A model generated the notes under the pieces. That model was given only the letters and a program-made list of their open reading frames with translations, did not search any database and was not told the DNA's origin. DNA of 60,700 nucleotides, filler included, from Dirinaria sp. TL-2023a (taxonomy: Eukaryota): NCBI GenBank assembly GCA_051941275.1. It is 11 parts of 11 records of this genome, joined end to end, with 100 filler letters (N's around TTAATTAATTAA, not from the genome) between each part and the next. Parts side by side here need not be neighbours in the genome. Positions count along the whole stretch, not along the records: positions 11,087 to 16,523 come from JAVEBF010001658.1; positions 16,624 to 22,054 come from JAVEBF010001659.1; positions 22,155 to 27,582 come from JAVEBF010001660.1; 8 more parts are not named here. One strand, given 5' to 3'. The translations under genes were made by a program, and so were the position numbers. Below, piece after piece: positions 12,222 through 22,403 of this stretch. Within the stretch, counting starts at the first letter, position 1, and each line of letters opens with the position of its first letter.

Positions 12222-14297
12222 TCAGTTCAAGACCCCTTCGTATGGATTATGCGCACGGTCGTACGTCCAATCTTCCGGGAGAGTGTTTGCTAGGTCGCGT
12301 AACAAATCAGGAATTCGCTCCTTCTCACCGTAATAGAGTATACCTGGTACAATGTCGCTTAGCTTTGCTCGCAATGGTTGGCACGCCGATTTCAACATAT
12401 TTATTTGTGACTCTTGATATCGATTAACGGTAAATTTATAGACTATCCAGTGGATGAAGTCCGTTATAGAATCAACATATGGCTTCAAGATGTACTTGGT
12501 GGCAGTCCCGTTGCAGAGGACACCGCTGAGTCTACTTAAGTGATAAGCTTTAAGGATCAGGTCTATCAGGAACTCCATGTCGGATGTTTTTATCGCCTCC
12601 GATGGGAACTGTATTTCTTCAAACCTTTTATTGACGAAACATATAAGACTTCTAGAAAATTCTGCTCTCATGAACCACAGGGCGGCTCTAATCGGCCTCA
12701 TATCACGACGAAGCGCGGATTCTTGCAGGTGAGAGTGTATGAATGGATTCAGCGCATCTATATCTGCAACGCGCAGGTCTTCGAGACCACGCTTCAAGTT
12801 GGAAACCAATGAGAAGCTCACTTGTGGCTTTCGGAGCTTGTCAATAGCTTTCTCGCTCATTCTGGCACTGATGTTCAAGTTCGCGCCATGACCAACGAGA
12901 GAGTGTGCACTGCTCAGCATTAAATGAGAACAGGCATAGATGAGTGGTGTCATGCCCTCATTGTCTTGAGCGTCAATATCCGCGTCGAGATCCAGCAGCG
13001 TTTGAATATGCGCCCAACTTTCAGTATGTAGTGATACTAGATGCAATGGCCGGAGTCCGTGTTCATCAGCGCAGTTGACATCGGCACCAGCCTTAATGAG
13101 CTTTATCATTATCACCGTCATCTCCCACTTGTCCCACTTGTCGGTGCTTGCAGCTTTGAGAAGTTGACGGTCCAAATTGAATCGAGCTACTGGATCGCTG
13201 CATTTCGCAACGGCATCTAGAAGGAGCTGTAGGAAACTAGGATCGGGTTTGACCCAAGCTCTTTCAATCAGAAAGGGCCCTTGTTCTTCCATCAAGTCGT
13301 TTCCAACACTCTCGGAGCTGGTACGCAGAATCGTCTGTGCAACATTGAATCGATCATTTAGAACTGCTTCAGCTAAGCTGTAACGGAAAAGGTCAAATGA
13401 GATATTCTGGAAGTCGGACAAAATAAGTTCCCTGACTGTATCGGCTGCATTCATCTGGCAGGCTTTCATGAACATAAGATCAATGCTCCATGAATGATGA
13501 TTGATCACGGATTCCTGCGGATGGCGCGGGTTTGATGGCGTTCCCGTGTGACTTATAACACCCCTTCCAAGTTCCAAAGCAACTTCTTTTCTACCTCGGT
13601 CACTTCTCGTTTTGAATAGTTGGTGAAATAACCCGTTTCTGTAGTTCCTCTTGTATACTCTCGCGGTGAAAAGCTCGTCTTCGAACGCCAGAGGATGGTA
13701 CTGCAAGGACGCATGTCCGGTGCTTGTTGTACACAGAGATAGCTTCGAAGACGTGCGCGACGGTGCAATGGTATAAGCGCTCTCATCTGACTTGAACAGG
13801 ATTGGCTTAGAGAATTCCAGCAGGCTACCTCGTGTTTCTGGGAGTTCAAGTTGGATCGTCTGTAGCAAGCATGTCATAGCTTGAACCTGATGTCCGAGCC
13901 GGTCCTGGTGAGCATTCAAGGTGCTTTCACTCCAAACGATGCTTGCTTTCCCTCGCAAACCCAATCTATCCAATTTTCGTTGAAAGGGCAACAGGTCCTC
14001 TTCTAGTGCTTCCATGACCAGGTTTCCTACATGGAGTGATGTTTCCAGGCGCTTGAAAAGTTTCTCGTCCTCTTCGCAAAGAGCTTCAATGCCATCTCGT
14101 AAGTATTTCTGCGACCATTTGTCAATCCGTTCCCACGCTAGCTGTACGATCTCCAGATTTTGCACCATTGACAGAATTGTGAGCCTTGCTTCCCTGAACT
14201 TCCCTGAGATATCGCTGAGGGTTTTGGCGAGGCTGATACATTTGATAGCCAAGCCGCCTGCGCCTTCGACAATGGCAAATATGGAAACTGGATCCAT
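12222..14297 (-). CDS. Protein with N-terminal HeLo-like (fungal STAND N-terminal) domain and ankyrin repeats (691 aa, single ORF)
   Basis: N-terminus MDPVSIFAIVEGAGGLAIKC...KFREARLTILSM; internal motif FEDELFTARVYKRNY; ankyrin repeats (GADVNCADEHGLRPLHL, DADIDAQDNEGMTPLIYAC, GANLN); no Walker A motif. Confidence 0.8.
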   Translation of the reverse strand: MDPVSIFAIVEGAGGLAIKCISLAKTLSDISGKFREARLTILSMVQNLEIVQLAWERIDKWSQKYLRDGIEALCEEDEKLFKRLETSLHVGNLVMEALEEDLLPFQRKLDRLGLRGKASIVWSESTLNAHQDRLGHQVQAMTCLLQTIQLELPETRGSLLEFSKPILFKSDESAYTIAPSRTSSKLSLCTTSTGHASLQYHPLAFEDELFTARVYKRNYRNGLFHQLFKTRSDRGRKEVALELGRGVISHTGTPSNPRHPQESVINHHSWSIDLMFMKACQMNAADTVRELILSDFQNISFDLFRYSLAEAVLNDRFNVAQTILRTSSESVGNDLMEEQGPFLIERAWVKPDPSFLQLLLDAVAKCSDPVARFNLDRQLLKAASTDKWDKWEMTVIMIKLIKAGADVNCADEHGLRPLHLVSLHTESWAHIQTLLDLDADIDAQDNEGMTPLIYACSHLMLSSAHSLVGHGANLNISARMSEKAIDKLRKPQVSFSLVSNLKRGLEDLRVADIDALNPFIHSHLQESALRRDMRPIRAALWFMRAEFSRSLICFVNKRFEEIQFPSEAIKTSDMEFLIDLILKAYHLSRLSGVLCNGTATKYILKPYVDSITDFIHWIVYKFTVNRYQESQINMLKSACQPLRAKLSDIVPGILYYGEKERIPDLLRDLANTLPEDWTYDRAHNPYEGVLN

Positions 14298-14698
14298 TCT
14301 AAAGCGTTGTGAAGTGTTTTCTGACTACTGGTCTGTCAGCCAAGTCTGCACAGACTGTGCTGGAATAGGCTTTACATCTGATGGAAGCGTCCGAGAATTA
14401 TTAGCTTTCGGTCTCTTGTATCAAGGCGGGTAGGACGGAGATCCTCTGCTCAAACCAGACAGCAACAGGGAGTGAAAAACCTGCTTCATTAGACTTGGCT
14501 GAGCAGAGGCTGATAGTAAAGGATCGCAAGTCGAGGAGTGTACAGTCCGCAAGGCTGAATCGGCCTTGTGCATGAATACTCTTGGCAGCTCGCATTTACC
14601 AGTCAAGATCGAGATCTTCAGATACAGCTCGATTAATGCTGGAACGGTAAAGCTACTTCCTTGCACCAGTCTTGCTCAAGATCTTGAAAGGACGACGA

Positions 14699-16269
14699 CT
14701 ATGGCATAAACCGCTTGAAGCACAGGCTAGCATTGGTCCCACCGAATCCAAAGCTGTTAGTCAAAACCACATCCACATCATCTCTCTTCTGAGCTTCCAA
14801 TGCGACATAGTTACAGCTGAGCTTGTCTTCCTCTCTCATCGCCGTCAGATTGAGTGTTGGGGGAAGAATACCCTGAGCAGGTGATTAGCCAATTGAGCGT
14901 CGAACGATTGCCGGGAGAGTAGCTGACTCACGTAGTCCATAGCTTGTACACTCCAGATAGCCTCTACACTCCCAGCTGCGCCCAGCAAATGGCCTACAGC
15001 TCCTTTTGTACTGCTGACATTGATCTCCTCAGCATGCTGCTTGCCTTCTCCAAGAATTTCCCCTTCGTTACCCAGCATTAAAGTTTGAATTGCTCGATTC
15101 TCAGCCACGTCCCCTAGGTTTGTGGAGGTTGCGTGCGCATTGATATACGAGACTGCCTTTGGCGGCAGTCCAGCATTGCGCAGAGCAAGCCGCATAGCTC
15201 TCAAAGCGCCATGACCTGACTCCGGAGGCGCAGTCATATGGTGAGCATCCGAAGAGGAGCCGTAACCGGCAAGCTCAGCGTAGATAGGCGCCTTACGTGC
15301 GAGAGCATGGTCAAGAGCCTCAAGCACCATGACGCCTGCCCCCTCGCCGATGACAAAGCCGCTCCTCTTCGCATCGAAAGGTCTTGATGCCTCTTCCGGT
15401 GCATCATTGAAATCAACGGTGAGAGACCTCGATCGCTCAAACCCCGTAAAAGAAAGAGGATGGATGCACGATTCTGCGGAGCCGGCAATCATGACATCTG
15501 CATCCCCGAATGCAATGAAGCGTGAGGCGTCACCGATGGAGTGAGCACCAGTTGTGCATGCTGTCGTGACGGTATGCGAAGGCCCTTTAAAGCCGTGTCT
15601 CATAGAGATGTGCCCGGCAGCAAGGTTTATGAGCAATTTAGGTACGAAGTAGGGGGAAACTTTCTTCGCACCCTGCTCAGGGGTTAGACTGGCATTTGGT
15701 GAATAGGAATGCTGGACTCACACCTACGGAGAATGCAATGGATGTGTCGTAAACCTCTTCGAAGCTGCCTATACCGGAGCCTAGACACACACCCTGTGTA
15801 TTTAGCTCTTAGCCCGGGGAAATCCAAGGAAAATCACATACCGTCATCTCCCTTTGGCGCTCATCTTCTGGGTGCCACAGTGCGTCGTCCAACGCTTCCC
15901 GAGTAGCTGCGACAGCATACTGCATGAATCTTGACATTCGACGTTCATCCTAAAGCCTATCAGACGCCGCTTATGCTTTGCTGACAGCACCACTGTACGT
16001 CTTTACTCAACCAGTCGCTAGCTTGCCATCCACCATCTTCCCTCCTGCCCAGCGGGACCAGGCCTGCCACCTGACATTGTTGCTGGGAAAATTCAGGTCC
16101 TCGGCTTCCAGTAGACGCAAGACCGCTGTGTCCTTCTATCAGTCGGGACCATGAGCGCTGAGCACCTGGTGGATATTAGCGTTGCACTCCACTTAAAGCT
16201 TGCGACTAGAAATATACCAACACCTAATGGAGTCACGGCGCCCAGTCCAGTGACCACAACTCTTCGCAT
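14699..16269 (-). CDS. CEM1: Mitochondrial 3-oxoacyl-ACP synthase (type II FAS ketosynthase; 6 exons)
   Basis: [46 protein letters not shown], catalytic [32 protein letters not shown] and [15 protein letters not shown]; five GT-AG introns. Confidence 0.95.
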
Positions 16270-16523
16270 CGCATTTTTCTACGCTTTTAAGTACGCCGAA
16301 ACTCGAAGCATCTCACACAAGTAAGAGAGCAGTACGTTCATTAAGGGGAAAGCCCAAGCTCGGAAAATCAATATCAGAACTACCACCCTAAAAGGGTTTA
16401 GTTCCATATATCAAAAAATGTCCTAGACGCAACTCCGAACTTTCTGAATCTCGAACCCCCAACTTTCAATGTCGCGCCGCAACAATGTAGCCAGGCACCT
16501 AGCCACTCGAACAAGTATATCTC

Positions 16524-16623
16524 NNNNNNNNNNNNNNNNNNNNNNNNNNNNNNNNNNNNNNNNNNNNTTAATTAATTAANNNNNNNNNNNNNNNNNNNNN
16601 NNNNNNNNNNNNNNNNNNNNNNN
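16524..16623. other. Artificial contig spacer
   Basis: N44-TTAATTAATTAA-N44. Confidence 0.99.
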
Positions 16624-18195
16624 GAGCTCCCCCCCCCCCCCCCCCCAATCCTCCCATTTTCATGACTTCAACCGGCGCTAACAGCACTAGGGACTAGGTT
16701 TTTACCTCGAAAACCTACCCGAAGCATATTTACAACCCGGCAGAGCACCTTGTGAAGCCCGAAAGGGGTTTAGCTTACTTCTCCCTTTTCTCTCCTAATG
16801 TCGATACATCGCGTGAGGAAACCCTTGGATTGCGCGCTCTCGAGAGAGAGAGAGGCCGCCAACACGGGAAGGGGGAAAAAGCAAAAAAAAAAAACAACAA
16901 CAAAAACAAAAACAAAACACAATGAACTCCAATTGCTCGGTACATAAGTACCCGGAAAAAAAAAAACAATTGTGAACCATCATAGATTAAGGTAAAGTGT
17001 ATAGTCATTCCTACAAAGTCCCCCCTTTTTTTTCCCAGCATCCACCATCCATCCCTTCTCTCATCCTCAGATATATATATATCTCTCTCCATTTTCCACA
17101 TTCCAGATCTTAATCTCCAAACCTTTCTCGCTCTATTTGTAATATGTTTATCTCCCATCTAGTGACTTCAACCTCGTTTTTGAAAGTGCCATAACAATTA
17201 CCTTCCTTTTTTTTTTTTTTGGAGCAACTTAGTATACTAAGATGAAGAGAAACAAAAGCGTGTATTTTGCATCACTGAACAGATGAGAATGTGATCGGTA
17301 TTATTTCTTGACGTAGGTTGGACCTGATCGGTATTTATGATGGGATTCGAGAGGAAATGGGAAGGAAAGAGCAAAATGAGAGAACATGGTTCGGAAGGAA
17401 TATTTTTGATGGTGTGTGATGGTAAATAAAAGTCCAAGAATGGCTTACACGCTGTCAATTAGAGATAAGGTGTAGGATAGTTCCTATCAGGTTTTCTCTC
17501 GTCCGGAATAATGACGGAGAAGGGAGGAATATACCTTGCTCGTGGGAATTGTGATGATGGTATATCTAATCGAAAAATCATAAAGCCCCCGGCTGATGTA
17601 GATTCTCCCCCATATTCGCCAATCATATCCGGCAAAACTCATAGATCCTTTTTTTCCCTGATATTTTCCTCGCGAAGGAATACTTAGCTAGTGGATTTTT
17701 TCTTTCTTTTTTTTTTTTTTTTTTTTTTTTTTCATAAGATCGCTGAAGAAGCGTGCTGTTTCCTTTTTTTCCCCCTGTTTTTATTGTGGTAGTTAGTTGC
17801 CTCGACAATGGACCGGCTTGCGTATGTATGTATGTATGTGCTATACGGTTTAGCTGCTCAAATTCGGGCGCTGGTTTATTATTGCGTGGGTACGATAGGT
17901 GCTCGAATTGTTTCGTTATTGGATTGGATCAGGAGTATGTATTCTTCTTATCTACCGAAAATATGAGACGAGTACCTGGTTTTGTAAGCTGGTAATTCCG
18001 CTGGTAAGATCCAGAGTAGCTAGGTAGCTCGTTGGATATGTACACTGATCCAAGAGTTTTTATTTATGTATGTATTTGTTTGTTTCTTTTTTTTTTCTTT
18101 TCTTTTTTTTTCTTGGGTTTTCGGCTTGGGTTAACGCCAATTTTAGATGCCGAGCTGAGAGTGGGAAGCCCTATTCTGACCTCTATTTACATTCT

Positions 18196-19026
18196 TCATA
18201 GCCCGCCATTCGGTTTCGAGAAATCAAACACCTTGCCATCCTCACTCTGATAAACCTCACCCCCCGGCGTCTCAACGGTATAATTCGTCCCGTTGAAAGT
18301 AATCAAATCGGGCAAAACCTGTGCACCTTTCCCAGGAGGCTGCGCCCACAGGTATCCCTTCTCGCCTTTAATGATCCCTCTCTTCTGGACCCAACTACTC
18401 CTCTTCATAACCCCGACTCCAGCAGCCAGCATATGCTCCTGGATCCAATGGCGTTTCTTTGAGCCTGGTTTCAGGCCCAGAGCCGCGTTCGCAGCTTCCT
18501 GCAATAGATTCCGCGTAGCCGAATTCGAAACCCATTTCCCGCCGCCAGTGACGGTGCCCAGAATCCCTTCTGCCTCCAACATTGCGGACTGGCCTGGGTC
18601 CTGGGGCAGCCGGGTGGGCAGTCTGAGGTAGCTGCCCCCCGTGATGATGTTCGGACTGTTCCCGTTGTCGGGAAATTTCCAATACCCGGGGCCTGGACGC
18701 GTCGCGATGGGGACCCCACTGCAGCCTCCGACGTCCTCCTGCGGTATCCATGTCGAGGCGATGTCCATCGGTTGCAGATGCGAGAATTCGGCAACCCGGT
18801 AGTTCTGGAACGGGTACGGTGCTGCCATGGGTCCTTGCGGTGGCATTGGGCGTGATTGGCAGCACCGTCCGGGAGGTATGTCACGGCAGACTTGGGCCTG
18901 CATTTGCACCATGGCTGGGAACGGGTGGTTGTCGCTGAAGCGTAGAGTGATGTCCACTGCGAGAAGGGGAGAGATGAGGAGGAAGAGGGAGGGAAGGAGT
19001 GTCGTATAGAAGAGCGACAGACGCAT
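18196..19026 (-). CDS. Secreted protein of unknown function, CxxIPPGxCC family member A (276 aa, intronless)
   Basis: Signal peptide MRLSLFYTTLLPSLFLLISPLLA-VDI; four Cys; three KR sites; NGT sequon; colinear similarity to 25944-26648. Confidence 0.88.
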   Translation of the reverse strand: MRLSLFYTTLLPSLFLLISPLLAVDITLRFSDNHPFPAMVQMQAQVCRDIPPGRCCQSRPMPPQGPMAAPYPFQNYRVAEFSHLQPMDIASTWIPQEDVGGCSGVPIATRPGPGYWKFPDNGNSPNIITGGSYLRLPTRLPQDPGQSAMLEAEGILGTVTGGGKWVSNSATRNLLQEAANAALGLKPGSKKRHWIQEHMLAAGVGVMKRSSWVQKRGIIKGEKGYLWAQPPGKGAQVLPDLITFNGTNYTVETPGGEVYQSEDGKVFDFSKPNGGL

Positions 19027-20750
19027 GGTGTTTCTCACGGAAAGTTGTGAGGGTTAGTAATAGTCGATGGTGCAGACTATCGCATTGTAGCAAGAGTGTA
19101 GATAAAAGACTGTAAGTTTCTGCACTGCAAATTGAGAGAGCGGTTATAAAAAAGTAGAGAGAATTCGATTACTGAATACCCCCAGTCCCAGAGCACTTAT
19201 CATCGACTTCGAAGAATAGCCATCATATTCTCATACCGTGCTCGGCGCAAATGCGCTTGCGCAGGAACCACCCACGATTCGCGCAGGCGAGCCTTTCTCG
19301 AAAGGTCTTCCGATCTCCACATGTGGAGCCTGATGCTCCAAGTATGGAGCATGCTGAGAGCCTGAGACACCTTGGGTTTCGTGCGCATCAAGCCGTGGTG
19401 GCGAAGATTCAGACGCGACAAGCGCAGGAGCTAATTCGAATGGATAAACCACAGTAACAGCAGCAGTGACGGAAAGATGGCAGTCCGCTTAAAGGACGAT
19501 TAGCGATCAATGCCCGAGAGATGGCAACCTTTCATTTTGATAAACTGTGCCGGCATACCTGAGGTCTCTGAAATGCGAGTAGCTCAATAGTAGAAAAAAG
19601 TCCCGGATTTTGTACTAGTTCAAAGTACTAGTCAGGCTTGTCCGCTAGAGACATCGCTAAAGTATTAGACTGACACTCCAAAACTGTTCCAGCTTGTATT
19701 ATTATTGAATCCTGGAAGAGTGAGACTTTCTGTCAGCAGAAGGAAAGGAGCATTCAGTAGGAAATGATCCGGAATGAAAGGAAATTTTTGGTGATCTCTT
19801 TCGAGCTCTCGGTGCCTTGAGCCAACGAAGCGTTGCTAAAATTCATTAGTAATTTTATGGGAGTCGTCACTTGCAAGAGAATTCGCGGTAGTCTGCGGCT
19901 TCGTAAAATTTTGCTGGACCAGCATTGCCGTGGCAGTATCTGGCGCAAGTACACAAGCAGAAAAAGAAGAGCAAGCCTGAGAAGTGACGAATTGAGATGG
20001 AAGCTAACATAATACCATGCTAACGGAGCACGAACTCCGGACAAGCCAAATGCAATGTCAATCGAGAACTCTATTGGATGAATATTACTTGTCAATGTTG
20101 AAGCAAGCAGATTAGGTAGGTCAATCGCAGCTGATAACGCCTGTACGATTGTTTGGGCTTTGTTTCAACTTTGCTCAATGAACAAATTTTCAAAGCCAAA
20201 CATGCAGCGACAGTAGCAGATAGCCGGCATTGCGGTCCTGAATCGACAGATTCATAAAATAGGCCTAAAATCCACGTAGTAGGAGGTGTAGAACCTGTAC
20301 CCATTTAATTTCCATGGCTGGCGAAGGGATGAAGAATGCCCCGGAGTCGCCGTCAGCGTTATTACGCTTTGCCGATGAAGAACGATTAAATCTTCGGGGT
20401 GAGACTTCTGTAGTATAGCTGCAACTTAATTGTTGCCGAAGCCTAACTTCCTATGTGGTACTGAAGAATAGTGGAAAGTGGGAGGACAATATCGTCGTGT
20501 AAATATTAAAGTGTCCTGGCCGGAAGATCTTTTGGACAAGTTCAAGGCGATGAATATTGAACCTCGGCATCTTGCAAGGCTACGCAAAAGGCAGTCGTTG
20601 AAGCCGTCAATCTGCATTATTCGTAATGTATTCCTCGAGCGCTACAAATTGGTCAGTTGTTCTTGTTTTCCTTTCTTCTTCTCCTTCTTCTCCTCCTCCT
20701 CCTTCTTCTTCTCTCATGCTGTGTCTTTTGCCTTCTACTTTCCACCCATC

Positions 20751-22054
20751 ATGCCTGGCCCAACATTAATACGCCAACCCCCGGCGGACGCCTCCAAATC
20801 GCCTATCGAGAATGTGCTGGATTTGATCCCTCTCTCAGACATTGGGCCCGCACGTTTCACCTTAGCCTGCGTCCAGACCCTTACTGACAATTATTCAGGA
20901 CATCTTCACGAATACTCGGTACCGCCAATCCCAACCCATTCATCCCTATCAGCCCAAGTCTGCCCCGCTAATACTCAGCAAGGGAACTCTGGCACCCCCC
21001 AGGTGCACGGGGGATTTTCGGCGGCGCCGTCATAGCCCAATGTCTCTCCGCCGCGCAACGCACCATCCCCTCCCCTTCGTTCCTGATCCATAGCATGCAC
21101 TGCTACTTCGTGCTTGCGGGTGATGCTTCGATCCCGATTCTATACCACGTTGAGCGCGTGCGTGACGGGAGGAGCTTTATCACACGAACGGTCCAAGCAA
21201 GACAGAGGGGGAAATGCATATTCACCACGACATGCAGTTTCATGCGGGAAGGGAGCGGGGGCGCAAAGACGGTGGATCATGAATGGGGCATGCCGGAGGG
21301 TATGAGGGAGGGACTGGAGGGCATGGAGGAACCGGACGGCAAAGACGAGGGAGAGGACGGAGAGGGGAATGGAGTGCAGAGTGAAGGACCGTTTATAATC
21401 CTGAGATTGGGCGTCGCGAATAGTATGACTTCCCCCTTTTACTCAAGTTCCGCATATTCTTTCTCTCTCTTTTTCAGTAATAATAACTTGTGAGGGGCGC
21501 CCAAAAGGTGACTCTCCATATCCGCACATCAAACGCCCTCAATCCTGGCACCGAGCCCGCGGCAAAATCACAGCGTCGGCAGGACCGCAGGCCCACCTCT
21601 CCGCTCTGGCATACATGTCCGACAGCTACTTCATCGGCACCGTGAGCCGAGTGCACAATCTATGGCGCTTCGGTCGGCCGCCCCCTGCAGACCCAAAGCC
21701 ATCTTCTCTTCAAACCCTGCAACAACACAATCTCGACGCCATCGAAAAAGAACTGAAACCTAAACCTCTTCCTCCTCCTCCTCCTCCTCCTTCTCCCTCG
21801 TCTTCGCCCACCAACCGACTCGCAGCTCTCGAAGCGGCCGAGAACAACGCAAATCCCAACTCGTCCGAGACCGACGAGCCCCGCAAGATCGGAATGATGC
21901 TCTCGCTCGACCACACCATCTACTTCCACCAGCCGAGGGAGGTGAAAGCGGACGAATGGCTGTGCAGCGAGATGGAGAGCCCGTGGTCCGGGGAAGGGCG
22001 AGGGCTGGTGTTGCAGCGCATCTGGAATAAGGAGGGCAGGTTGTTGGCTACTTG
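20751..22054 (+). CDS. TES1: Acyl-CoA thioesterase II (TesB/PTE1 family), 3'-truncated (exons 20751-20849, 20899-20918, 20983-21422, 21508->22054)
   Basis: DIFTNTRELWHPPGARGIFGGAVIAQ, HSMHCYFVLAGD, RVRDGRSFITRTVQARQ, AYMSDSYFIG and SLDHTIYFH. Confidence 0.92.
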
Positions 22055-22154
22055 NNNNNNNNNNNNNNNNNNNNNNNNNNNNNNNNNNNNNNNNNNNNTT
22101 AATTAATTAANNNNNNNNNNNNNNNNNNNNNNNNNNNNNNNNNNNNNNNNNNNN
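22055..22154. other. Artificial contig spacer
   Basis: N44-TTAATTAATTAA-N44. Confidence 0.99.
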
Positions 22155-22403
22155 GCGGTGGCAGGATTGGAGGGAGGGGGAGAGGAGAGCTTAAGGCGGT
22201 CATGTGCAGGGAGGACCTTGATTGAAGAACGGTAGAGGGCTGGGAGTAATCATGATCCCCCATTTTCTATTAACAAGTCGTCGTTGCTACTTTTGTTTTG
22301 TGCATGGTCGAAAATGCGCTACATTTTTGGAGAAGGTGCCGAGCACAGTCCGTACATTTTGAAGGTACTTTTTACCAGATGCAATCAAAGAACACTATAA
22401 CCA

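Noticed and set aside
16441..16480. GGTTCGA B-box-like motif on the minus strand
   Set aside because: No cloverleaf or full T-arm consensus, so it is not a tRNA.
19754..20617. Short ORFs that might be a decayed gene
   Set aside because: Stops occur in all frames and no motif is recognisable.
6328..22054. Apparent polyketide/fatty-acid cluster (OMT, hydrolase, ketosynthase, thioesterase)
   Set aside because: The genes lie on three unrelated contigs, and CEM1 and TES1 are housekeeping lipid genes.
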